A stretch of DNA of 61,952 bases, the filler included, from Hausera hauseri (lineage: Eukaryota): NCBI GenBank assembly GCA_046269625.1. It is 13 parts of 13 records of this genome, joined end to end, with 100 filler letters (N's around TTAATTAATTAA, not from the genome) between each part and the next. Parts side by side here need not be neighbours in the genome. Positions count along the whole stretch, not along the records: positions 21,654 to 25,921 come from JBJURY010666886.1; positions 26,022 to 30,456 come from JBJURY010582778.1; positions 30,557 to 35,141 come from JBJURY010517682.1; 10 more parts are not named here. One strand, 5' to 3'. Position 1 is the stretch's first letter, and the number at the start of each line of letters is the position of its first letter. Made by a program: the position numbers and the translations under genes. Of the stretch, positions 22,548 through 35,141 are shown piece after piece. The notes below the pieces were generated by a model. The model was not told the DNA's origin, made no database searches, and worked only from the letters and a program-made list of their open reading frames with translations.

Positions 22548-25500
22548 GATTGAATGTAAAAGGGTAGAGGTGTCAATTAGAGAAACGGAAGATTGTACCT
22601 CGGAATTGCCGGTGCTCTATAATATGGAACACCAATATGTCATGCCAGTTACCAGAATATTGTTAGAAGCCAAGACAAAACTTACTCAGTTAGATAATTG
22701 TACATTTAACATGTCGCCAATGTTCGAGTTAAATGATAAGTGGTTTAGAATGCCCAAAAGAGAAAAAGTATCAAAGCCGGAAACTTTAAGTTTGATCAGT
22801 CTACAAAGAAACCAAAAATTTGAACCACTCACTGGTATTTCACAAGGAGGAATTTACATTCAACAAAATCTGATGGATTATAGACGTATGTTGTTATTTT
22901 CTCAACAAAGGCAAAGGATAATAATGGAATTAACCAGAGGGGTGATGTGGGATGAAGAAGGTTCATCACATTGGGAAAATCTAATGGGAAAACATTACTT
23001 AAAAAAAGTTACCAGAAATGTGATGGAAAAGATGTAGGAAAATTTTTTGTATTTCGGTCAGGCAGCATCCGGATTTTTAGCAATATATTTTATTATTAGC
23101 GCTTTAAGAACAATATTTACTGCACTAGGAAGGGCCTGTGGTATTCATGCCGCAGGTGGTTGTTCCTGGAAAATACTTATAGCAGTAGTACCAAGAGTGG
23201 CCAGCTGTTTTTTAGCTAATCAGGATGCAAAATGGAAAAGAAGAATAACCAAGGAAAAGATTCAAGACGTCGAGAAGAACTCACCTTATAGCACCTTAAA
23301 TGGAAGAAACGACGATAATAATGATAATTTGGATACCAAGCCAACAAGTAATAGGTATATTACTAAGTTAAAGAGACTCTCACTAAAACCACCGAAACCG
23401 AAATATCAAAGGAAATTGATGACAAATCTACCATAATTAGATCCGACTAATGAATACCATAGAAAAAACTATCAGGAACCATCGGTGAGAAACCCATCAG
23501 CTCCACAATACGTGAAACATGGAGGAATGTACCCTACATACCAAGTCTTAAAAATAAAACAAAATTATGCTGAAGAACTTATATCATACAACCACGAACC
23601 CACGTGTAAAACTACTAATACGGAAAGCGAAGCTTGGTCTTATGTGAGACCAGAGATAGAGATAGAAGTAAATGAATGTCCATTAATTGCCTTAATGGAT
23701 ACCCGGTCTACAACCACAATTATGGGGAAGAATCAGTTACCCAAGGATTTAAGAAGTAAATTACGAAAACCCGGGGAAACATTAATTAATGCGGGAGCAT
23801 TTGGAATGGAGGAGGAAATAAAGATGGTCCTAGATGCGAAGATTAAAATTTGCGGTCAGATTATAAATCACACCATAAGAGTAGCTGAGAATCTAACCAA
23901 CGAAATACTAGTGGGATGCGATGTACTACATCAACTAGACGACGTATATATTGATGTTAAAACCGGTCAACTTAGAAGTTTTAATGAAAAACAATACCAG
24001 AAAGTAGTGTCATTAATCAAAGATATCACAATACTACCACGTTCGGAAGTAATAGTACCCGGTAAAATAGAAAGGAGACTACCAACAAGATCGGTTTATT
24101 TTGAACCATCTCCACATCTAATGGAGAAATATGATGTTTTAGTAGCACCACATGTAGATAAAATAAGAAACGGAAAAATCCACTTGAGAATCTGCAACAC
24201 GGGAACAAGGGAGAAACGGTTAAGAAAAAAAACCAGACTCGGATCGGTAACACCAATTGAAGAAATATCTAAGGAAGAGATTAAGTCGATTATCTCAGAT
24301 GTAGATAAGATCAAAAAGATAATGTCGAGGAAACTAAAGTTGGATACCAACGGAAATAAAGAAACAAAAACAAACACGATTAAATGGTAGGAGAAATTAC
24401 AAGATTCCACGGCACTGACAGAAGAGAAAAAAGAAATGTTGCTCCAACTATTACAAAATAACAGTGGTCGATTCGCCCAAAATAATTATGATCTAAGAAC
24501 GATGAACATTATTCAACACGTTATTAAACTAAAAGAGGGACAAGATAAGTGCATAAAAAACGGCCTTACAATCTGACATACGACAAAAAGGAAGATGCTC
24601 GGAAAATTATAAGGGAAATGAGAGAGAATAAGGTAATACGACCAAGTTGCTCGCCGTGGACTGCACCAGTAATAATGGTTAAGAAGAAAGACGGGGCCAT
24701 GAGATTCTGCATAGACTACCGAGCTCTAAATGAAATAACAGAGACAGACACGTATCCACTACCGAGAATTGATGAAATATTAGACAAATTGCACGGATCG
24801 ACAATATTCACGACTATCGACTTACAAAAGGGATATTGGCAGGTGGAGGTGAAGGAAGAAGATAAGCCCAAGACAGCTTTTTCGATAGGCGAAGGATTAT
24901 GGGAATTTAATAGAATGCCGTTCGGATTAAAAAATGGACCACCAACGTTTCAAAGAGGGACTGAATTACTACTGCTGGACGCACCACATGCCATGGTCTA
25001 TATAGATGACGTAATAATAGCCTCATCGGACTTTCAACAGCATTTGAAAGACCTACAAGACCTTTTTGATAGATGTGAAATAATGGGTCTAAAGATAAAC
25101 CCAAAGAAATGCTCATTCGCTCGAGCGGAAGTTGATTTCCTTGGACATCGAGTAGATAGACACGGCGTAAAACCACAAGATAAACTTTTAGGAAAGATAA
25201 AAGATTTTCCAAAACCAACTACAGTCAATGAATTACGCCGATTCTTAGGTCTGGCAAACTATTATCGAAGATTTATAAAAGATTTCAGTAAAATAGCGAA
25301 GCCACTATATGAGTTGTTACGTGAAGATTTAGAAAAAGTAGTATGGACAGGTGACTGCCAAAAAGCTTTTGAGGAACTAAAGGAAAGATTACTCAACGCT
25401 CCGATTTTGATTTATCCAGATATGACAAAACCATTCATACTTGCCACTGACGCAAGTGACTACGGAGTAGGAGCGGTCCTTTCACAAAAAGGTGAAGACG

Positions 25501-25921
25501 GGAAGGAACACCCGGTAGCCTACGCTTCCAGGAAGTTAAATAAACACCAAAAGAATTACGCAGTTATTGAGAAAGAATTACTGGCCGTCATATTCGCACT
25601 AGAAGTATTCTCACCATATATCAGTGAGAATAAACCTCTATTAGTATACACAGATCATCGACCTTTACAGTGGCTAAAGCAACATGAAAACCCAAATAGC
25701 CGATTATTACGATGGGCTCTCAAATTACAGCCCTATACGCTAAATTTCCAATACAAACCAGGAACGCGGAATGCAAATGCGGATTATTTATCAAGAATGT
25801 CAGAAGTACCAAAAACAAGAAGAGAAGTAATCGCCGCGGTATGGAGCATGGACGGATCCATAGAAAAGATAAAGCAAAATCAACAAGAAGATAATGAGAT
25901 AAGGGCTATTAGAAATTATAT
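22548..25921 (+). mobile_element. Ty3/Gypsy-type element with glycoprotein C-half fused in frame to protease, then RT and RNase H
   Basis: ORFs 22444, 23047 and 23485 share one frame, split only by point stops. Motifs: ECKRVEVSIRETEDCTSELPV..PVTRIL, GGIY, TM FGQAASGFLAIYFII; protease ALMDTRS..ILVGCD; one frameshift near 24545; RT SPWTAPV, FCIDYRALN, RMPFGLKNGP, YIDD; RNase H TDASDYGVGAVL, EKELLAV, TDHRPL, NADYLSR. Confidence 0.9.
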
Positions 25922-26573
25922 NNNNNNNNNNNNNNNNNNNNNNNNNNNNNNNNNNNNNNNNNNNNTTAATTAATTAANNNNNNNNNNNNNNNNNNNNNNN
26001 NNNNNNNNNNNNNNNNNNNNNTCTGTCTGAATGCATAAGCATACTGAGTTGTGCTCTCATCGTACTGTTGGTGCCTAATCTGCAGCTTGATTAATTGCTG
26101 ATGTGGAGACAATGAGGGTAAAATCGATCAATATCTGGTATATTCTTTTATTTTTAAAATTTCCAATGGATTGCGTAATTCGTGATAAATTTTCTATAAT
26201 TGGGGTAATTTGTACTATTTTCATTTTTGAAATAATTCCTTTCTCTTAAATTTAATTTTTAATATAATTTAACGATATTTACTCGATACATTACTTATAA
26301 TTCAGTACATATTCTTCAAAATTAAAATTTCATTAACAATTCTTTCAAATCTCTACACATACATTTTTCAAATTTCTTTGAACATAACATGACTTTCTTG
26401 TAATTTTATGCACATTTCTTTAGATTATGAATTAATTTTAAATTTCTGAATATTTATTATTCACGGAAAAATCCAATTTCGTGTACCTTTCAGTTTGTAA
26501 CGGGATTTAATTTTTAAATTACTAAATTCGTTAATTATTATTTAGCCGATAACAAAATTTTGTACTTGATACA

Positions 26574-26835
26574 TGCTGCTCCTTATTAACAGCATTTTGA
26601 GCACATCTCTTCACATTATTAATCAGCGTTAATATTACCAATCTAAGCAGGAAGTTACGCTTATGTAACTTTTCTTACGGTGAGTTCGTGTGGTGGTTCA
26701 GCTACCACAAGGGCTAGCTATACTCTAGCTACCTATACTCTATTTACACCATGTTAGTTCCGAATAAATCCATATTCATATATTGATATAAATATACACT
26801 TCAACAAAATCAAGTACATCTACATCTCAGCGGCA
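26574..26835 (+). mobile_element. Possible solo LTR
   Basis: TGCTGCT...AGCGGCA inverted ends, internal AATAAA near 26763, higher GC than flanks; no clean TSD. Confidence 0.3.
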
Positions 26836-27599
26836 CATTTAATTAATTATTATCACTAATTCGTCCTAACTAATTACCTTCACTATGATTTCAATGACAG
26901 AAAAGATAAATGTAGTTTTAGTGTTGTATTGAAGATATTGCATAATTCCATCACGATGAGATAATGACAATAATTACGATATATTCTAAAATAAAAACCA
27001 GTATCTTATTGTCAACTTTATTAATTCTTTTTTAAAAAAACTCTTAACATCAATACTTAATTAATTTATTTCATTATTTTCTTTACAGAGTAATAAAAGA
27101 AAAAAACTGCCAATATCGTATTTAAAATCATACACTTTCTCTTCATAAAACTAGTTATCTAAGAGGTTTTGCAAGTTGCAAATTCAAGCAGTATATTACC
27201 AACTGTCCATGATAGAGATGAGCAATATCAAATGTTTTATTCGGATGCGCAACGGTAGAGTATATCGTATACATTCTTGAAAGTCCTTTAACTGTACATT
27301 CTTGTTTAGTATTTCATCGTAAACAATTTTATTTCAATTTAATTGTTCTCGTCGCTAGGTTTGTTGTCATACATCAACGAAATGATAGGGCTTGTCGCTA
27401 TTGCTAATATCCATTACATTATTAAATGCGTGTCAGTTTGCATATTTTTCTGGTTCGAGAGTTTGTGCCAAATGATTCATTTCTTCAACGAATTTATCAT
27501 AAGCTGCATTCATGTGACAATTTAATGAAGCATTTTTTAAAGCCGTAGGTTTGATTTTATCGTTTAATGAGGGATCTGTGACGCTCGAAGACATTCAGT

Positions 27600-30456
27600 A
27601 TAGCTGATTTTTGTGGTGTTTTTAACAAGAAGTCCGAATTTGGCGAATGAAATCATTTGTCTCTGAAATCCATCAAATTTGAGTATTTTAATTCCGCTGA
27701 TGGTGCTTTCATCCAAAATGAAGTAGCATCGTAGAGACTGTTTCCAGGTACGCATAGCTATATTCCGGCATGACGGGATAAAACGACAAAGTATATCAAC
27801 TCGTCGGCAATTACAAAAACATAACAACAGATGAAAAAACGATAACAGTGTATTTACAGGTCCTTGTTGGGCACAACATCAACCCCCCCCCCGGGGCAAA
27901 GAAGAGACCAGAGGGAAAGAAAATAGGAAATGTGTTGAAACAGTGCAGGCTGTCTAGGAGGTTTTTGTGTGAATAAGACCCCTGCAGTGTTAATCTCCTT
28001 ACTGTAGGTACTACATGTGACGATTTGCGAATATTCAATGTCTTTGAATCTGGTTGCAGAGGAGATTTGAGCAAAACACTGTCAGATTTCGTCCTTGAAG
28101 GTGATGTATCGTTCAGAGACAAGAAAGGGGCTGGAGGAAAAAATGTAGGAGAAAAGGAAAGTGTGAAGGTTTCTAGAAGGGGAGTTTGGAGTAGGTTCTG
28201 GTAAAGGAGTAGTTGTAGAGGCCGGAATGCAAAGGGGTGAAGCAGGTGTAGGAACTGGAATGGGAAAAGCGGAGGAGTCAGAAAGGGAGTAGAAGATTCA
28301 ATTTGAGGGGTATCGTCTACGAAAAAAGCGGGCTTGACGTTGTTGATATGTACCGCTAGTCCTTTACCATCTTTAGAAATAATTGCATTGTGAGAGTGTA
28401 ATTGGACGAGTTTGTAAGGCCCCAAATACCGCACGGCGTTTGATTTTTTAACCAGACGAATTTTACCGCATACAAGTCTTCAGGTAAATATGTTTTGTCT
28501 TTGTAAAGTAACCTGCAGAACGAATCCTTACTGATTGCAACGAAGTGATTTTGCGCTGCCCGTATTGTTTCATCTGTAGGAGTGTCATCTAGGGCAGTAA
28601 GGTCGAATAATGACCGTACAGGAGCTCTGAATAAGGCTTCATAGGGTGACCATTTTGTAGATGTAGGCAAAGTGTTCCGCCAGCCAAACAGAACAAACGG
28701 AAAGTGATTCGTCGAACCAGTGTTGGTCTCTGCAAGGATTCTTAGTGACGTTTTCAATGTTCGGTGGAAACGTTCGAAAAGGTCATTCGATTGGAGGTGA
28801 TAAGGCCTAGTATGTATGTGCTGAATCCTCAATCGGTTAACAAGGAATTTCAGCGGGTTGGATTCAAACTGTGGACCCTGATCTGTGATGATGAAGCTAG
28901 GTGATCCAAACCTGCTAATCAATGTACGAATGAAAACGTTAGGTACGGTATCGGGATGATTTCTGGCCATCGCGAAGAACGGTCCATCATGGTGAAAATG
29001 AATTTATGACCGTTGTCCGGAGGAAGAGGGCCAACGATGTCAATATGCACGGATTCGAAACGCGATGTGCATGGAAAGTGGAATAGTGGTGGCTTTAAAT
29101 GATAGTTGTTTTGTATTTTTGGCAAGCTACACACTCCTTAACCCAGGTTTGCACATCGGAACGCATTGACGGCCAAACTACTTGTCGGTGGAGTAAACAA
29201 AAAGTAGCTTTAGCGCCAAGGAGGTGTAGCGAATGTATACTGTTAAACGCTTGCAGTTGTAAAGTTGGTGCGAGAATTATTACGGAATGACTTAGTTTGG
29301 AAGTGTCTAAAGCCAGACCGTCAACAATTGTACAAGACTTAAAAAATTAAGCATGTTCTGAGGTGGCTGGTTCTGTTGAAGTTGTACTTGAGTGAAGATT
29401 GGTGAAAAATTAATCGAACCAACCGTCCTAGATAAGAAATCGGCAATCAAATTATTAACCCCGTTAATATGTTTTATGTCAAAGGTAAATGTCGACAAAT
29501 ATGATATCTGTCGTTCTTGAGGTGAGTTTCATAGCCATGATGTTTAGCAAGGTCTTGTGATCGGTCTGTAAGTTAAAATGGCGAGCGACAATTATGTTGG
29601 AGAAATGCTTTAAAACGAGAACGATGGCCAATAATTCTCGATTGAACGTTGAGTACCTCGATTCAGGAGGTGTTAACTTGCGTGAAAAAAACTCCAAAGG
29701 CTGGTTCTTTCCCTTACAGATTTGATGAAGTACGGCGCCCATAGCGGTGGTGGAGGCGTCTGTAGTGAGGATGAGCTGTGCATCATGCTTGGAAAAAGTC
29801 ACTATCTCAACACTTTTTAAACCTTCCCTTACCTTTTCTAATTTGTTTACTAGTTCACGGGTCCATTGTATTGGGTGGTGTTTTTTCCACCACTGAGGTG
29901 AGCAAATGGTGCGGTAAGTTCACAGCAGTACGGCACATACTTGTGAACGAATGCAAAGTACCCAAAAAGCTCCTCATTTCTGTTGTTGTTCGAGGTAGTT
30001 GCACGTTTTTTAGCGCTTCAACTTGATTGGGCTGAAGCGAGTAGCCTTTGGAAGAAATAATGTGATCAAGGAAGTTTATACGCTTCTGGAAAAAGTGACA
30101 CTTGGCGAAATTAATCTGCGGGTTATGCTGGTGTAAATGTTGAAAGATTGATCTGAGGTGTTCTTCGTGTTGTTGGGTTGAAGAAGAAACGATTAATATG
30201 TCATCGATATAGGGAAAGGATAGCATCGATGTGGCGTTGAAAAGTCTGCGCAGCATTCCGTAGGCCAAAAGGCATGTACAGATATTCGTAAAGGCCAAAA
30301 GGAGTAGTGACGTTTGTTTTTTCGATATCCTCAGGTGACACAGGTATTTAGTGGTAGGCTTTGGATAAATCAATGGTAGAATAAATTGTAGTTGAATAGA
30401 GACGGTGTAAGATATCCTTAATGAGTGGCAGTAGGTATGCATCCATTATGGTCAAA
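27600..30456 (-). mobile_element. Decayed Ty3/Gypsy pol (RT-RNase H-integrase), PPT and 3' LTR start at 27878
   Basis: PYIDDILI, TTDASTTAMGAVL, RELLAI, VHIDIVGPLPP, ITDQGPQFES, ERFHRTLK; PPT G-run then TGTTGTGCCC; same family as 58150-61952. Left boundary approximate. Confidence 0.92.
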
Positions 30457-31396
30457 NNNNNNNNNNNNNNNNNNNNNNNNNNNNNNNNNNNNNNNNNNNN
30501 TTAATTAATTAANNNNNNNNNNNNNNNNNNNNNNNNNNNNNNNNNNNNNNNNNNNNGCAGCATCAACAACAACACTAACAGTTCAATTGTACCAGGTTGC
30601 AGTAAGTTGATTTCATTTTTACTTTTTGTCATTAATATATATTTAGAATGCAACAAGTGAGTCCACGTAAGACCCGTATTCCATCAGGCGGTCCAGACTG
30701 TACAACGGGTACAATATACACTTCCTGCGAACCCCCATTCTGGTGCAATTATCAACACCGATCAAAATGAAGCAGGTTAAATATGGCCTGTTGGCAAACA
30801 AAATCGGTTAAAGTGACTTGGATGCATTGGAGGAAACGATGAAGGAAGTCTACAATTATTTTATGTTGTCCAATGATATTCGGGACACATCCTCGCTTTT
30901 CCTTAAAGGCAACATGGCGAAATTGCGAGTGCAAGTGGAAAAACAGCAGTTCTGCCAACGAAAGGGATAAAAGGATACGTAACAATGAAGCTGAAAGGAT
31001 ATAAGAAACTGCGCGGTATTAAATCGCCAATGTGGAAGTTGGGGAAGTTTACACTAATGAATTGACTTGACATACTCTTTTTTAGTTTTTAGTGTTGTTA
31101 GTTTATGATTTATAATAAATTTATGAGTTTTTGGTGTTGTGTTTTAGATTAATAATGAAAAGTATTTGCGGTTTTGAGTAATATGAGATTTTTAATTTAT
31201 TTTCGATAAGCCAACTTAAGCTCCATTTCCTTGATATAAAGCAGAAGACAAAAACTAGTGTCCAAATACGTTATTGATCACATATACCAAAACATGTACA
31301 GCAGATGAATGTAAAATAAAGATCATAAATGTCAATCATCTAGCTGGACTGAATTGCACGTTTCCACTGAACTGTTTATGAACACTATACGTGTGT

Positions 31397-34300
31397 TATC
31401 TCAAATGCAAATGTCCGTATGCCCAATGGATATTTCGCCCTGCCCAATTGATCGGATGATCGTTTGAGACACAACAGCCACTGCTTGTCCTCCTTTTTCT
31501 TCAAAGACACGGTTATAATCACCGTGGTTTATTTCTGTCTGGGCCAAACTAACTTCTTTGGCGCGCATTTTTGGTCCACCGTCAGTTAAGAGGCTATAAC
31601 ATTTTGGCCGTAGAAATATCCATTCCCTATACTGAACACGACGTTCGATTTCATCCTTGAAGCGGCCGATTTTATTTGTAATGGCGTTGCTGTACAGTGG
31701 ATGATCCGGTGGGTAGTTAAACATGTCCAGTAATCCATCTGACTGCATTTGCTGCAGTAGCTGTTTGCTATTGACGTTTTTCAGCTGCAGAAAAAAACTA
31801 CCTGTGTCACCGGCAATTATATCAATATTGCAGCCGTCAAACATTTGCTCATAAAGTGCCAAGTCACAATACTGCAGTTCATATATACGCAACTTGCTGA
31901 GGTCCAATACCACTTGTACGATGTAACTAGGCCAGTTCAGAACGACTTCTTCTCTGTTTAACAGCACCGCAACCAATCCATCGGCAATATGGATTGACCG
32001 CCGAAACTGCGCCCTTCTGGTATATGTAACCAGCCCGCTTTTCTGAGTTGCATAGGCGCACATTAAGCTGCTTTTTCAGATTCTCCACTGTTTTTCCGTA
32101 GAGGGAATTGTTTTCAACTTGCAGTCCTTTTCGAACTTTGTACAAGCTGCGGCTCGTTTCTCCGAATTTCCATCTATGTATGCCTTGAATATGGGAGCCT
32201 GAGTAAATCGGATTGCACGATGCAGCTGTGTGACACGTACACAAAGCTTCATGTAGAACTGTAGAATACGCCAATGGGCCACGTAATTCAGCTTCGGTTC
32301 ATGCGTCATGAGCAGTTTCTTCACTTTTCAGCCTGGCGGACATTGGTTAAATGATGCGACCGGTAAATCGTCCAAAACGTCATACAGCTTATCTGGTATC
32401 TCGGGATCAACCTCCATCAGGTATCCGACTGAGCCTGCTATGTTTGCTCGTGGTAGGTTGACCATTATATAGTCCAGATCTTGTCTGTCGACTACCCATT
32501 CAAATAAACCGTACGGCAAGTGTTACGAAAGCGCCCAGCCGTACAGGTAATTAATATCACTATTCAGCAGTGATGTGATATCGGTAGCATTGACCTGATG
32601 CTTGTTGACAAATGCCATTCCGCTACGAATACCAACATCAAACATTCGATACATTTCCGGATCTTGCAGCAGTTTAATGTCTCGATCCAGTGACATTAGA
32701 GCTGACACCCAACTAATTCCCTGTATGGAATAAAAGTTGAACAGCTCCAACCTATCTTCCGCCAGCGCTTTGGTCCCAAATGCTTAGAACACATCGGCTA
32801 ATAAGTACACGTCTAGTTTAAGATACTGGAGCATGTAATCAAACATGTTTCTACAGCCCAGTTCTGTCCAAGTTTCTTGTGCTCTCCGATATTCAACTGC
32901 GATACCTGTCCATCGCGGCGGTAATTCCTCTTCTGTCCGGAGTCGCTCATATGATGTTGCAAAGTCATATTGATATATGCCTCTGCTGCGTGCAATATTT
33001 GCAGGGAACTGCGTCAGTGCTATCAACACATCTGGCAAGGTATGTACCAGCTTTGCCAATGATTCATTGAGAAATTGCAATGAATCAAGGAAGCGCACCT
33101 GGAATCGGTTTACTCGTGCCGACAGCCATAGGTATTTCTCCATTGTCGTTGGGGTTATGTACATCATCCGGTGCGGAAAGCCGTTAATGGCCCATTTGCG
33201 AATATGGTGACAGTCATAACATCGGAAATTATGAAAGATCACAGGCAGGAATGGTCGCACTCACCTTGCTAAATTGCATGAATTGCATGCTGCTTCCAAG
33301 TATTGACCAGTGAAATGGTCGTCATCCGGTACGAGCCGTTCCTCAGCATTAAACGGTATTGTTTTGTGGCACAGGTAGAATTCATCGGTGACACCGAAAA
33401 GCAACGGTTGATATTCGTCTGCCCAAATCAATGGCTTATTGCAATTGCTGCGATACTATGGCGCGATATCCGTTTCCACTATGGTTTCCAACTGCTGCAA
33501 GAAATCACGTACACAGTGCCAGTTAAGAAGACTGCTCGGCAAAGTCGGTAGATTGAAATCCTGAATCTCACTTGGTTTCTCGTCGCACATAATTAAAATT
33601 GAAGTCTAAAGAGTTTTTAAAAAAAGTATTTATTTTTATCCAATATTTAAACAAATTAAAAATAAATAATGGTTTTGCTTATTTATTTTTGCTGCTCTAT
33701 TACTGTTCCAACCATGGGAAACGTAATAATGCGGTTGTCTTGCGGCTTTTATTTGGTACTGGCAACATACCGATGGTAATTGGACCGTGCTTTTGATCGT
33801 ATACATTGTGCCGCGGTAGAATTGCTTCGACATGGGCATACCACATATACCGTACTGTCCGCTTTAGACAAATCACTGAATCTGAGCTCCTTTTTGACGG
33901 GCGTGACGTACATTGTTGTCCCTGATGCGTTTTGCCTAGATAGCGTGACATGTTTGGCTCACGTTGTTTCCGATCTGAATCCATGCAAACATACAGGACA
34001 CCATTTGCATCGTATTTGCTTTTTGATGAACTAATCATGCTCCATGTTCAATAGTCTATCCAGATTTGTCATTGATACGTAATGAAAATTTTCGGCCTGC
34101 TTCAACAGCAACAAATTTATCGAGCGTCCATTCGGGTTCCGACTGCGATAAATTATGTCCACATTGGGGTTGTTATAAATTTTTTCGTCTTCCGATACTT
34201 CAACCATTGTGTTGTACCGGAAAACTTTGATTGATAGCGTCGTATTACACCGTTCAAAAGCCGGAATGGTTTTCAGTTTCAACGGCATCAAGCATTCATC

Positions 34301-35141
34301 AAATTGCAATTCGGAATAATACTGCCGATACTGATTTGTACGATTTGCTTGATATCTGTTCACATCGCTGTACTTCAATACAGCCAGAATTCTGTACAGA
34401 AAACTGTATTCGTCGTCATTATTTTGTACATTCACTACCGCCAAAGACTGCTTTAGAGATGCAGGTGTCGGTATGAATGATCGACCAGACAACGACACCA
34501 CGTCACTCGACTTTGTTATAATAAAGCCGAGTGTGACAATTCGTATAACTCCCCATCCACTACCTTTTCGGTATAGTTGGCGATTTTCTCATCCACCTTT
34601 TCGCCTACATCGGCAATAAAATCTTTGGAATACGGTCCGGCTCGATGTGACCGATACCGTTGTTTCCAATCACCGTCAAAGTTTTCAAATTCTGCAAATG
34701 CATAATATTACACTTTGTAGTTGATGAGTTTGAATTTCTCCACCTCTAATTCCAACCGGCTGCGCACACTAGACGGAACATGCTTCAGCTATAGTGTTGT
34801 TGTCCCCGCATGTTTACTTTCACGTCGTACTTGTTTACATCGTACTTGAGAGTAATGGAAGGTTTCTGCTCTTGCATCTGCTCCTCCTGCTGCTGCGGCT
34901 CGGTACCGTTTCAGATTATGTCGTGAAGACTTGTTGAGGCCTGACGTTTCCTACTTGTTGAGGGGATACTGATTTTTCCTGTCGTCATCACTATTTCTTT
35001 TTTAGACCCCTGAAACTTGTTCAAGTGGTCCTTGTGCTAGTTATAAAATTGTTTCTAGTTGATTTCGTCAACTATAGAACAACTGGGACAAACGTAGGCC
35101 CGTTTACCGTGCACCGTTATTGCGCCATAGTACTGCTCTAT
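31397..35141 (-). pseudogene. Polinton protein-primed DNA polymerase B with endonuclease VII-like insert, multiply frameshifted
   Basis: SFIPTP..VVNVQNNDD, DHFTGQYLEAACNSCN, PVIFHNFRCYDCH, FLDSLQFL..SLAKLV, YLKLDVYLLADVF, DINYLYGWALS..PYG, NNSLYGKTVEN, GDTGSFF, IGRFKDE, LRPKCYS, AYGH tail. Confidence 0.92.

Noticed and set aside
26022-27540. Possible decayed coding sequence in AT-rich DNA
   Set aside because: No recognisable motif in the frames examined.
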